Assembly (NCBI GenBank): GCA_964057225.1
Contig: OZ059897.1
Coordinates: 14,570,001-14,634,000, forward strand
Direction: 5' to 3'
DNA from: Auanema rhodensis
Lineage: Eukaryota > Animalia > Nematoda
Length of the DNA stretch: 64,000 nucleotides
The notes under the pieces: model-generated
The model's input: the letters and a program-made list of their open reading frames with translations, nothing else
The model's database searches: none
What the model was told of the DNA's origin: nothing
Program-made: the position numbers and the translations under genes
Shown: piece after piece, positions 13,718 through 27,250 of the stretch
Layout of the letters: the number at the start of each line of letters is the position of its first letter
Position numbering within the stretch: the first letter of the stretch is position 1

Positions 13718-13913
13718 ATTTATTTGGAACGGGTACTTTTCCTTTTCAGAACATAATAACACAATGTATATTTTTGAAATGAATTTATTAAAATGATAAA
13801 AGTTTGATAAATAATACGAATACAAATTTTGTCTATGGCATAAAGAGTATTGGCAACAATTAATGTAAAAATTAAAATTTTGGAATATATTGCCTTAATT
13901 TTGTACAATTATG

Positions 13914-15339
13914 TTACTTTGCCTCGAGAATCTCGAAATGTTTACGAGCGTTCTTAATGTTCATCAAAGTTGTTGCAGCAGATATGGTACCTAAAAATCA
14001 TCTTGAGATTCGAAAGACTAAGAAAACCAAACCGTCAGAGACAATCACCATGATAAAAGTGTTTGGAGTGAATGAATCAATAAACGCTGCAAATTTCGAA
14101 TTTCTAACCTGCATGTATTCAAACTGAGAATGCATTTTGCTATAATGAAATAATTGAGTAAAATTAGATAAATGCTCAACAGACTTGCAACTAAGTTTGA
14201 ATTGCTTGATTATGTTGGAAACTTTCTCAAATCTGTGAGGATCTTTATGTTCAGCAATCTCGGCATGGGCAATCACAAGTAAGGTGGTTTTTTCAAATAA
14301 TAGAACCTAAATATTCATCAATCAGGACATTTTTTTAAACTCTGCCTACTTCATCAGCATCAACAATAGAAGCAAATTTACGAAGTCGTTCCTCCATAAG
14401 ATTTACATTAGGAATTAGTTTGTAAACAATAGCTGACCAAGCCTAAAATAACCATTAGATACTTGAAAATAGTATAACTTTAAACCTTGTACAACGTTTC
14501 ATCCCAAATACTACTCCTATAACATTTTACGGGGACTGTTGATCGTTCTCGACCTGCTACTTGCTCACCACAACGCAAAATTTCCTCTTCCTTTTCTGTG
14601 AAAGTCTGAAAAATTAGGTAGTAATAAACATGCACGTTTTCACGCCGAGTTTTCTTGAAGAATTCTAGTTTTTGCTCAATTTTAGGAAAACAAGTTGGCT
14701 CATATGAAAAAAACAATTCTCGCTTTGAATTATTCTATTTATAAACTCACAGCGTCCCTTTTTCCTTCTTCTATTAAATCCAATTTGTGAATCAAACAAA
14801 ATACCTACAATACACTGATTAAATTAAATAATTAATTTAAAAATTACTTGCGCATTTGGTGAATTACTGAATAAAGCTTCCAAGCATGAATGATAATTCT
14901 TCAAATCTTTATTGAATTCTCTACTTTCTACGTCGAAAACATAAATTAAAACCTGTAAAAAACAACAAAAAAAAATCAAGGGTTCAGTTTTTTGAACAAC
15001 CTGCACACCCTTGAAGATTTGATCTTTCTGGGAAATGAGGAAATTTTCCATAAATGTTTCCTGACCACCACAATCCCATAAATGAAGAACAAGATTCCCC
15101 AGAAACCTTCACGAGTAATGTTTTTCAATCAACTGTTAGAAACTGACCTAACGTGCGCATGCTCAACTTCTAATGTAGGTCCCAAACGAGAAGTATCTCT
15201 TGCAATATAATTGGCAAAAATGATCGATCTAAATGTCGATATGTATGAATGTTTGGATATTCATTAACCTCATGCTGGTCTTTCCAGACCCACTTTTGCC
15301 CATAAGCAACACTTTACGTTTTGAAGCCGAAGAAGACAT
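13914..15339 (-). CDS. raga-1: Rag GTPase A/B (Gtr1/RagA)
   Basis: [68 protein letters not shown]-like [40 protein letters not shown]. Confidence 0.96.
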
Positions 15340-15767
15340 GTCTACAAGATAATTTAAATAAATTTACTTTTATATTCATAGAAAGATAAAATGCTTGGAA
15401 CACAAATCCCTTTTAGGAATAATGTAATACATGAACAAACGCATTCTGTTATTAATCTTTCGAAATACATGATGCTAAAAAGAAGTAAAAATTTTTGCGA
15501 TGATCACCCCGTTAATTAATTTACACAACCTCAATGGGCCCAAAAATTGAAGTGAACTAATGCAATTGAAAAGGTAACAACTAACATAAATACAACAATT
15601 GATAATAGTTTTAAAAGATGATTTGCGAGGGAAGTGAATTATTATTATTGCGGTGCCATCAGATGGTTATGTTTTAAACGATAAGATATATGAAATATTT
15701 AAGATTACAATTTGAAAAGTACCGAACACGCGTTCATTAAGAGAAATATAGGAATACATGTAGAAAT

Positions 15768-18675
15768 TCATTCTCCATTGCTCGGAATAGTAGTGAAAGC
15801 TTGAAACATCTCTGGTGGAGAAGCCGTATCAGATCCTGGCCAATCGTCGTCGCTCTAAAATCAAAAAATGATTCAAAGAAAAGAGTATATTACGTACAGG
15901 AAGAGCATCTTTCACAGGAGAGCTCAAAGCATTTTTCGAGGAAGAAAAATCAGCCCAACAGTCATTTGAACCAAGATTGTTATCAATTGTACTGATAGGA
16001 TCAGAATCTGGCCAATCTTAATTTCAAACTTTTAAATAATTTTCCATGAAATTTTAAATACCCAGCGATCGATTAATAAAATCGGACTCCTGAAGAGTGT
16101 TTTTTTCGGATGTGGATTGACTAGTGTTATTCGAAAACCAATCGTCATCTTCTACAATTAAGTTCATATTTGATTCAAAAGCTACATTTAATTGATCACC
16201 ATTTCCTCGAGTCGGCCAATCATCAATTCCAATAGATTTCATGGAGCATAAATCATCAAACCGAATTTCAGATCCAGTGTCTTTTAATTTACACAAGTCT
16301 TCAAAAGCTTGCGCTTGATTACTATTATTAGATACATCAATATCAGGAAACGTATCATGTTCAACTGATATCCTGAAAATAATTAAATAATACATCATCC
16401 AAAGCGTAGTAAACCTTTCTACGGATTCAAGAAAGTCTGTATGCAGAGAAGGAAGACGCTTCGAAGTTTGAAATTCATTAAACTCGCGAATATTATCAAC
16501 TGAATCGATCGTTGCAGGCTGCTGATCACTTTTAGAATTGCCTAAAAATATCGGAATAAAAATAAAACAATCCAATATTTACCTAGCAGATCGGAATTGG
16601 AGAATTCTGTTTTTCCATCATCAGTTTCAGATTTGTTCCACTCTAAAAACTGTTGTAAAGCAACACAGATTGCTGCCCACTCATCGCTCTCAAAATAATA
16701 AATCAGTTTTAAAAATTCAATAACATTTACCTCTTTGTATTTTAGTAAAGTTTCCATAATAGGACTATTTTTCAGAGATTGCTGAATATCTAAGGCTAGA
16801 TAAACATGGAATGAACGAAGGGAGATAAATTGAAGACGAGGATAAGTTAACGGAGGGAGGATACCATTAATTAATAATTTAGCAATATTACATTCCTAGA
16901 GAAAATAAAAATAGTCTAAATCTGAACATATTATATCAAACCTCAAAGAAATATGAAACCAGTGGGGTAGGAACTTCCCCAGTATTGGAATAAACAGCAT
17001 AAACAATTATTTTGTGCACTAATCGTTGAAGTAATGATCGTAATGGATATTTATATACATACGAAAACACCTGGAAAGACAGTTAAATGATCGATTATAT
17101 TAATGCAAAACTCACTTTCTTGAATTCTGACTTCCTCATTCCCTCGAGAATTTCAACGTGAGTGGGCAGATGATTAGTATTACATAATGACACTAACAAC
17201 CTCATTAAGTATAGCCAGAGATCAGATTTTTCATCATTCTATATCAATTATTATAAAATAATAGAATAATTTCTAATACCTCTAAATTATCGATGATCAT
17301 TTTCATTATTTCACCCGATCGCTTTGCCACAATTGTCTCAACAATACGTTCATTATCAAGAATAGTCTGAAACGTCATGTATTAAGAAATAAATTTGCAA
17401 AAAAAACCTCTTTTTGGTCTGATGTGTCACCATTAAAACCAGCGGTCCAATCTTCTCCGGGACTATCCGTCTCTATTATGTGACTAGGGCAATACATGAC
17501 ACAATTTGTTTCGATAAGACAAAGTAGAATCTCAGAACTATTAATAACAAGAGATCTGTTGGGGCCATTTTCATCTACCTACAAAATTAACTAAACATAA
17601 GAGAAACGAAACATAAAATACATTCAGCATCTTATCCGTTAAAGCAGTTATTATATCAGCGGTAAATAAAGAATCATGTAATATATCATCATTAGAGCTG
17701 CAGGAATATAAAATATCACGTAAATTTCTAAAAAACAAAAACATACAGCTTCAATTTTTGCTTAACTGTTTTACCTGATCAGATCAATATACAAATCAGC
17801 CGCATTATCATGTACAGCTTTAGGAAGTGAAGGGTCTAACAAACCTACAAGCTGGCCGGCTAAATTTTCCTTGACAAGATACTTAATGCAACGAATTATG
17901 AAAAGAAAAGAAACAGCAAACCAGGTTACCTGCTTCATTTCATTAATTTCATCTGTTGAAGAAGGTACTTTTGAAATATTCTGCAATAATTCACCGATAG
18001 CTCCTAAGTGTAAATTATTTAGGCATTTTTCCAAGAAACTAGTTGTCTTAAATAACTGCATGCACTGCAAATAAGAAAGTGAGGTTAAATTCCACAATAT
18101 TACTTTATCACAAACCATATCGAAATTTTTTTGAAGAATATGAACAACTATTTTCATGAAAAAACTAGCAACCAAATGATTCATCTGCTTAATGGAATCA
18201 ATATTAGTTTTCAAGCAATCTATAGCAGGCTCACACTAAATACTTCGTTATTATTTAGTAATTTTTAAATAAGACAACATACACTTAAAAAGGCTTTTAC
18301 TAAGAAATCATTGTTTCGAACAGTCAGTATTTCACTACATAAATGAGCATACCTATAAGTAAACTTGTAACTTAAAACAAAAACGTTTCCACATACTTAT
18401 ACTGTTCTGTGTACTCCTGATTTTCTGAATAAGCTGGAGATAGCGCCCCTGATACAATTTTAACAAGATTTTCCGGTTTCGTGATACTACAAAAGAAGTA
18501 ACATAAATATTTTCAGCTAAAGAGCATCTTACAATTCTATCAATTTTTCATTTCCTGAACGAATCTCTTGTAAAGTAAAAGGATCGGACAATATACAATC
18601 AAGTAATAAATTTTCTTCACTCTTCAATAATTTTTGCAATGAATTCTCTTCGACAGCTAGAGTATCCCAGAACAT
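15768..18675 (-). CDS. saps-1: SIT4/PP6 regulatory subunit (SAPS family)
   Basis: N-terminus MFWDT...LQKLLKSEENLLLDCILSDPFTLQEIRSGNEKLIE, AHLCSEIL, NHLVASFFMKIV, VHDNAADLYIDLIR. Acidic low-complexity tail with repeated DDWP motifs. Confidence 0.82.
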
Positions 18676-19272
18676 TGATTTCTCTGAAAAGCAGAAAAAT
18701 TGCTATTTCGACTCTTAAATCAAATAAAATATTCAAATAGAGGTTTCAAAACTTCATTTAGGTTCCAATCATACATAAGTTTGTGTATACAATTTTCTTA
18801 ACCAATGATCATAGTTTATGCAATGACGTAAATAAAAAACAAATTACTGTTATTATATAACAGAAGAATATTATGCTGTTTTAAAACTTGGCCACAGTCC
18901 AATTTCAAAAAGATGGTCTCAGCGCGCCAACGCTAACGGTACGTGGTGAAGGTTTAAATTATTGCGCTCCATTTGGTGAACATGGTTTATATTATTTCAG
19001 AAGTGAGCATATTCCATGCGATGCAACAATATTGATAAGAACGAGCGATAAGACCTTACTTCTAGTTAACTCTCCACACTATGCAAGAATCTCCTTTTTT
19101 GAGAATTTGCGTATTTTAGGCCAATTACAACCGCCTACAAAAAACCATGGCAACGAATGATTTTAACGATTGCCGCTCATTTAATATTCTCTTTCATTTT
19201 TTCTTAGCATAAAATTACTCAAAAAATAAATTATTATGATTTAGATATAATAAACCTAAACTTTCTTGGGAA
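18676..19272. promoter_or_regulatory. Probable bidirectional promoter between saps-1 and SAS10
   Basis: Divergent ATGs ~600 bp apart. GC-richer core with GCGCGCCAA (E2F-like, 18922-18930) and TTGCGCTCCA (18962-18970). Confidence 0.5.
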
Positions 19273-21055
19273 ATGGCACAGAGGCGAAAGTAAGTTTCTC
19301 ATTTCTTTTATTTAAAGAATAATAAAACATAGAAAAATAAAATTGTTTCAAAAAGTTGAAATTTAGAGCGAATTTATTTAGGTCGAAATATGTGGAGCCC
19401 GATAGTGATAACGAAGAGCTCCAAGATGAGATCACCCAGTTTCATAATAATAAATCTAAAGTTGACCGATCGGCTTATAGTCGTCAGAAGGTATTTCATT
19501 ATGAAAAATACATTTTTGTGATATTTTTTAGAATGAACGCGAAGAGGAAGTGCTGAATGTTGAAGGCGATGCATCTGATAATGAAGGTGCTACATCCGAC
19601 GATTCTCTGAATCCATTTGAAATTGATGACAACGATACTCCAGAAAGGTTGAGAAAAAAACTACGACTCATGGCTCATGATCCGAGATATCGCGGTTTGC
19701 TTTTACAAAGCTCAGCAGATATTTATTATTTTTTCAAGGTGAAGAATTTCTTCCAAATGATTGGGGCATTTCCCGTACTGCTTATTATGGCACTGGGTAG
19801 TTTTTTCGATTCAATTTGTTTTTTTAAATAGTTTTTTGAAGATATGTTGATGATGACTTCGGAGGCATGAGAGAAGAAGAAATCGAAAATGCCGAATTAG
19901 AAGAAGAAGATGTTATAAATCGTCAAAAACGTTTTGATCAAATCACTGCTGATGTAACAAACATTTTGGATGAACAGGATGACGAGGAGGAAAAAAAAAA
20001 GAATGTTGAAGTATGAATGTTTCCTGTTGTGGTTTGTTGAACTTCTCGGTTTTAGTCTGTCAAAGTTGAAGAAGAATGGTCTCTAAAGGAAGCTAAAAAG
20101 CGCAACAAGGAATATCAGGAGCTTTGCTCAGAATATGCTCGCAGGGTATGTACAACTTCATATATATATATATATATATATTTTTTATTATTTAGGCTGA
20201 GTTAATGGTCTGTGTTGTTCAACCACTGGCTGATCTTGCTCCTAAACTTCACCCTGGATCTGTTATTGGCGAGCAAATATATATAATCATTGAAGTTTAT
20301 GCAAAGTATGAATTTTCCTTTTCTTCCATGTTTCTAATTTTTTTTAGCTATTTGATGGACATGCTTGTTGTTTTAAAGTTAAAAAGTTCTTCTTTCGCTT
20401 CTAAAAAAATGAAAGATAAATCTGTGGATCTACATCCAGCGCAAGCAAGACTTCTAAAGTTGAAACCTGTAATATAGGAGTGGAAGCTTATATTGACTAT
20501 TTTTCTTACAGATGATGAAAAGAGTTGACGACTTCATTGATCTTCACTTTTCGACATTCATGCAGTTGAGCAAAGCTCTGTCTCCTTCAGAACTGCTTCC
20601 TGAATACAAAATGGTCGTTGAGCCTCTCCGAATTAAGAAGGTTTATTCAACGATACAACTTTTCTCATTAGTGTTTTACAGTCTCTTGCTTACCCTCCTG
20701 TTACTTCAAAGGATGAAGATAATGATGCAGATGCAGAAGATGCAGATGATGCGGATGGTGAAATGATTGTTGATGAGAATGGAGAAAGAAGACTTGCACC
20801 ATCATCGATTGCCAAGAATGCTCAATCTAAAAAACAAAAGAAGAAGAAGAACAGAACTGCCAAGGTATGCAGCTAAAAGGTGTTGAAAATTGTCAAAACG
20901 ATGTATTTCAGACTGCTAATCGACACAGATATCGTGAAATCAGTAAGAAAGTTCGTTCTCAAATTGGAACCATTCGGAAGGAAGATAAGAAATACACTGG
21001 AGAGTCTCGCGGTATTCGCAAGGGTGTTATTAAATCAACGAAGCTTTTGGCTTAA
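19273..21055 (+). CDS. SAS10: SAS10/UTP3 SSU processome component
   Basis: Acidic N-terminus with NDWGISRTAYYG. C-terminal Sas10 domain NRHRYREISKKVRSQIGTIRKEDKKYTGESRGIRKGVIKSTKL. Confidence 0.85.
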
Positions 21056-21249
21056 TCACGACTTCCATAATAACATTCGATCTACATTTTGTTACTTTTC
21101 TTTATTTCTCTGTTCAGTTAAAAACTAAATACATATACTTTTTACTTCTTTGTTTCATTCTTGGAATAGCGTCTTTTGTTTCGCTGAGATTATTATATAA
21201 TTTATCATGTTTTTTGTTTTATCGATTTTTATTAAAGAATAGGTGCCTA

Positions 21250-23648
21250 ATGTTGGCTGGACAAAGAACGTTAGGAGAAGGAATTATTATTCAGGTTTGC
21301 TTTTTATGGCGATTTGAGTGAATCATGTATAATGAATACCAATTTGTCATAGCTGTGTTTATTTGTTGTATAAAAAAAATTTCAGGTGGACAAGAAAAGT
21401 GCCACCATACAAGGAGGTCGTTTAGGAAAAGTATTGGTAAACATAGATGCATTACATATTAACTATCCAAAACGTGAAATGCGAGATATTTTCAAGGTTC
21501 TAGTTTAACTACAAATTCTTTGAATATGCAGTTTACAGCTTAAAGATGTAGTATGTTTCACAGCATCAAAACAAGAAAATGATTATATTGCAACATCTGT
21601 AGTTAAAAAAAGCGAACTTATAACTGTCGAAGGAAAAATTGCTGATACAAGTGAAAAGTGTGTTCTTAGCGATTTTTTTTGTGAATTTTCTATTTTAGGT
21701 ATTGTTATGTGGATTGTTCTAAAAAGTTCGGTAAAGTATTTGTTCCATATTCTGCACGCAATTCAGGGGAAAAAAGTTTTATGGGAAGAGGAGTAGAGAA
21801 AGGAAAAGAAGTAGAGTTGAAGGTCCTCTTTTAAAATTATATCATTGCCTGGAATATTTTCTTTAGATTTTTCGACAAGCACAACCCATGAATCAATGTT
21901 ATTACATAGCTTATGGAATCCAATTTCCAAATGAGAAAAACATTGAATCTATAGAGAATATCAAAATCGGTGTTCAAGTAAGCATTACTTGATTAGCTTC
22001 AATTTTGTTTTTTTTTCAGACTGGTGTTATTATCCATATGGTTTCTCATGAGGACATATTAATTTATTCTCCAGTATGTTCTTCTTTTTTTTTATTAAAT
22101 CAGCATTTCGTTTTAGATTAGTGGGGTGTCAAGATTAGATTATGGGGAGAAACAAGATTGGATGTATCTTGGAAAATTTGTGAATTATAAAGTTGAATGC
22201 TGTTTTGCTTGTCCGATATATAATTTGAAAGTTAATTGGATTGCTAGCGAATGCCAACCTGCTGTAAGATATATTTTCTTTTTATGATAATACCAAAATT
22301 TATTCCAGAATATTGATTATCCCATTATTGAAGATTATAATGACGATACTATATTACACCTGAGAGTTCCTGCAGTTGTAAATAGGGTATACAAACAACA
22401 AAGATGTGCGTGGTTATGGAATGACCATATAGGTAATTCTTGTTTCGTGATTGTGGTTAAAAATATACGTATGTTTAGGTCGAATATATGTTTCTGGTGG
22501 ATCATTTACTTTGGATCTTAAACCAATGGAAATAGTGAATGTACATGTTCTTTTCCTAGGTTCTTATGAAGAAGTACCATGGAAAACTTTAGAACTCAAA
22601 TATAATGTTTGTTTATATGTTTAATTATACTAATAATGTTTCTTTTTAGATTACTGATATAGATAAAAGTTCTATAACACAACTATTAAATACAAATGAT
22701 GATTGGGTTGTGAGTTTCCTCAAGTCTAATTGTTTCCTTAAAAAACAATTCAGGTAACTCGTGTGCAAGAAAACCAATCTAATAAGTATTATGCATTTTT
22801 AAATCATAGTACTGTTGGTACTGCATTTGCAGCATGGACTGATTTTAATGAATTAGATTCTGAAACAAATCTTAAGACAGAGGATAAATGCAGGTAAAAT
22901 ATTTGCATGTTGAAATTTATTAGTATCCTATCTATGTATTTAGAGTGACTTATTACTCTCAATTGCGCGAAAGGAAATTTGTTTGTAGAGCTGTATTGGT
23001 AACGCCATTAGAAGAAGTTTCTAAAATACCTCATATTCATCCTATAATACAATCACATAATCATGTAAAAGAAGTATGTGTTAAAAAATTTAATTTCAAT
23101 ATTGTTATTTTGTTAGGTACCGGAAATATCTGAACATATTCCTATTTATAACAACGACGAAATAACACCACAAGTATCTGAATGTAAATCATTGTTTCGG
23201 GACCGTCCCCTGGAATACGTAAAATGCTCTGAAGAAATTAAATTCTATCTCTTTATTATAGGAAGATTCATTATTTCTTTCTGATAGTTTGTCTCAGATG
23301 ACAATAACTGACCAATTCTCAAAAAACGTAAATTTGTAAGTCACGGAGATTAAGAAGTACGGTAACCTCTATGTTTAGTTTGGAAAATTTTGGATTGTCA
23401 TCTCCAAATTATCTTTGGGAGGTGACATCACCATTAGCAACTGCCAATGTTCCTACTGAAACTAAAGAAACTCAAACGGATGCCACTCTAGAATCTGCAA
23501 TTTTGCAAGACTTGCTTGATCATTTCGTGGATATTGGAGAAGTTGCTCAACGGTTTGTTGCTTTAAAAATATTATTTTGATCTTGAATGTTTTCAGTAAA
23601 CCACAATTATTAAAAAATATCATTAAACTTAATAGAACATTATGGTAA
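21250..23648 (+). CDS. Uncharacterised multi-exon protein with about 5 tandem OB-fold/cold-shock-like repeats
   Basis: An open spliced frame runs across about 15 short exons. Repeats of G-x-I/V...G-K/R-V/I-F/Y-V...L-K-x-x-D/E-x-V...A-x-x-V, e.g. GEGIIIQVDKKSATIQGGRLGKVLV, VEGKIADTSEKYCYVDCSKKFGKVFVP, AVVNRVYKQQRCAWLWNDHIGRIYV. Confidence 0.7.
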
Positions 23649-24111
23649 ATCACAAAGTTTTATCAATATATACTGATATAATATTAATATTAACTAAAAG
23701 TTTAATTTAGTAATTTGTTAAAATATATTAATATTTTATGTTAAACAAACCTATGGTTTGTTATATTTGAATAGTTTTACTTATTAGATTATTTTTAATG
23801 AAATAATTACTTACAAAATTTTAGCATTTTTAATGCATTTGTTGTTTTGCACTTGCCTTAAGATTTGTTATGGAAGTTACAGCCCGTTGTTATTTTCATT
23901 GTTAATTTTGTAATAGATTTTATACCGTTAAATAAGATAATAAATTTTGTATGGTTTTATTTACACATCTGTCACAGAATTGAGATTAATTAGATGTTGT
24001 TTTGAAACATGTGTATATAAACCATGAAAGTAATAAATACAATTAGATTTCAGTTATCTATATTCATTTTAAACTCGTTTCAATTGCTATTTCATTTACC
24101 TATAGGCAGTT

Positions 24112-24943
24112 ATGATATCTGGTCAAACGATCTTACTGTTCGTCATGACGGTGAGTGTTGTGGTGGATGCACAAGCGGAGAGGAAGGAGTTTGCTGATAA
24201 GTTGATTAAAATTGCTATTGACAACATGAAACCAAAAGATGTGTTTCCGGTAAAACTAATGAATAGATATGTTGTTACTTTTTTTAAACTTAGTTCACTG
24301 ATCTTGTTTTGGACGAAATCGGCAAAAATGTTAAAATTCAAGATCTTGGTAATACGCAATAACGAAATTTCTATCAGATCACGAAATTTCAGATATGACA
24401 TCCATAATAGCTAAAGGGGTAGCTCCCGAGAAAGTCCCTTTCTTCAACAATATCAAAAATGAATGTATCTAAGTTATTACCTTATATTTACATTTTGATG
24501 AAATATTTTTGCAGTCGATAGATGCTTGAAGCAGAAAGGAAGAAAAGAGAAATCGGGAGACGTTTTGGATTTGGCCGTACCAGTTTTTATTGAAAAACTG
24601 AAGAATTTTTACGGAAAGGTAAGCTGTATTTCTCTTTAACTTTATGAATATAAATTTAATAGCTATTGGACAAGTATAAAAATATGAAAAAAGAAAACAA
24701 AAGCACGCAAGATGTTCGTCAAGGTGTATACAAAATGGCAACTTCAAATATATCCAAGGATCTGGTCCAAAACATTATAACAGGACTTACTAACGTAAAT
24801 ATTTTTTATAGTATTGGTAATATACGGTATGGTTTTAGAAACTTGAGTGTCCTCTCTGGCAGTGTACATTGCAAACAACTAAGAAACTAGTGAAGTATAC
24901 AATTCATAAGTATGATAAATCTGGATGTCCTAGCCCTATATAA
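24112..24943 (+). CDS. Small secreted Lys-rich alpha-helical protein, paralog A
   Basis: Signal peptide MISGQTILLFVMTVSVVVDA, then ERKEFADKL...MKPKDVF, DRCLKQKGRKEKSGDVL, C-terminal CPLWQC...C. Six exons. Confidence 0.75.
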
Positions 24944-25082
24944 TTTCCGTTTTTTTTTAATTGTGAAAATATCATTTACTTTGTATCATTGAAAAAATAA
25001 ATTTTTTTTGAAATATGTTCAATATATGTTTTCAAAGTAAAGCAACATTTACCAATGATCAAATATAGTTCCGACTCTAGTC

Positions 25083-25506
25083 GGTTTTATGCCAAAATTT
25101 TTTAACAAATGTTTATCCTGGGTTTCCAAAAAATTACAATAAGCCTATATTAAACACCCTGATTCTCCATGAAGTAGCCTGAGCCTCTTAAAAATTACCT
25201 CGAGTCTCCAAATACTCTACGCTGTAGATAAGGATAAGCTTAATTCTCGAACAGCACTAGATATGTTCTGTGCCTTTCAGACTGGTTCACTTCATAGAGG
25301 GGCGACATCAAAAACCAACAAAAGCCTTAATTGTAATAATTACAATTTTAAAAAATTGTGTTTTTTTTACCAGCTTTACAAATATCATTTACAAGGTTTT
25401 ATTTCAATTTTTTAACAAATGTTTAAGTTGAAACTCTAAAAAGTACCCAAAGCCTCCATGAAGAACCTTAAGTCTGCATGACGAACCCTGAGTCTCCAAA
25501 TACTCT
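25083..25506. repeat. Degenerate direct repeat (~310 bp spacing) with ~21-nt subrepeats
   Basis: AATTTTTTAACAAATGTTTA at 25096 and 25406. GAGTCTCCAAATACTCT at 25202 and 25490. CTCCATGAAG and CCTGAG-like units recur in between. Confidence 0.65.
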
Positions 25507-25980
25507 TAGTAGGGGGTTGGCAGAAAACCTATAAGAGACATATTTTCATTACAAATAAGTGATGGGCATACATCATATTAGAGAGAAACAATGATTTGAG
25601 GATATAGTGAGTCTGTTGTTGAAATGATTTGCAACAATGATGATAATCATAATATTCGAGACAAAGAATCATAAACCATAGACACAGAATTGTTTTTCCA
25701 TAATCCAAAGTAAACATCTAACTAATTATGTAAACGGGATGTTGGCAAGAGTATATGTTACTTACCTGTTGTCAATACACCAAACAACACCAACAATAAA
25801 AACAATTTTCATTGAAAATATCTGTTTGAATCCAAAAATTGGAAATTATGATCGTCCAATTAATCGTATTATGAAGGAAATTGTTTTTCATTTCGTATAC
25901 TGCCTATATAAGACGTAGTAAGCGTACATTGGGTACTGTTGTTTTAAAATTATTTGTAAAGTGAGTATTTTAGATTCCAA

Positions 25981-26811
25981 ATGTTGAAGTCGTCTCTTAT
26001 ATTTTTCTCTGGAATATGTTTTATGGTCTATTGTCAGGAAGCTCGCAAGGAATTAGCTGAAAAACTCAACAAGGTCTTTGTGAAAGTTGAAACATTAAAA
26101 CCAAAGGATATGTTTGGGGTAGTAATATTCACTCAACATAAAGTTAAATAGAAATTTTCTTAGGTAATAGATGCTGTTGTAACGGATATGAAAAAAGGAG
26201 TTGCAATTGACGATATTCGTAAGTTTTTGAATAAATACTGAAGAATGTTATATATAATCTTTCAGCTTTTGTGGATCATTGTCTTAATCATTTACCAAAA
26301 GACAAATTGAATACATTTTCCCAAATGCAAAATAAAAGTAAACTATTGATATACAATATGATATCTAATATTTTGTTTTAGTTGATGATTGCTTAAAAAA
26401 GAAGGGAAGAAAAGAAAAAGCTAAAGATGTATTAGCTGATTATGGTAAAATTGTCTGTAACGATTTAAAGGAAAATTACAAAACTGTACAATACAATCAA
26501 TATTGTAGTCACATTTCAAGAATATATTACAGATTCAAAACAAGAAAAAAGAAAATGAGAAGAAGAAGAAATCTGATACTGAAATCAGGACTGGACTTTA
26601 TAAAGCAACAAATACTGAACTTGCTAAGAAACTAATACAAAAGTTGATTACAAAATTAATTGCAGTAAGTATATTTATTTTTTAATGAACACAATCTATT
26701 TTACAGAAGCCTGCTTGCCCTGTTTGGCAATGTGTTGTTAGCAATTCTTCTTCTATGTTAAGTCTCAAGAATTATAATACTACTAGCTCATCTTGTAAAG
26801 CAGATGCTTAA
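25981..26811 (+). CDS. Small secreted Lys-rich alpha-helical protein, paralog B
   Basis: Signal peptide MLKSSLIFFSGICFMVYC, then ARKELAEKL...LKPKDMF, DDCLKKKGRKEKAKDVL, C-terminal CPVWQC...C. Exon layout matches 24112-24943. Confidence 0.75.
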
Positions 26812-27250
26812 ACATTTTTGAAATGTATTGAAATGTTGCTTAACGTATATTATAGAAAAACTTCTTTTTTTTCAAATAAATAATTCGTATATACATAAAT
26901 AGCAATTACTTTATATAGTCCCTATATATACTAAGGTTAAATTAGCAATGACTTTAGCTTATTGTATTATTAACAATTTCGGATAAAAAAAAACGATATA
27001 CATGCATTACATGCTAGTGAACCTATTGAAATTTTATTTTTATTAAAAATAAATAAATAGTGTAAAATATAAATATTATTATAATATTTCTGGAATTATT
27101 CTTTTGATTAGCTAACTAAAGTTTTTGAACTTCGATCAAAACTCAAAACAAATCATTTTAACTGAGAGTTTTGAAATAGGCACATTTGATATCAAAAACA
27201 TTATATGTCTCTAAAAATCATCTGATGATGTCATATAAGGTAATAATAAC

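Noticed and set aside
18888-19160. 90-aa ORF between saps-1 and SAS10
   Set aside because: Starts at TTG, lies in a bidirectional promoter and shows no recognisable motif.
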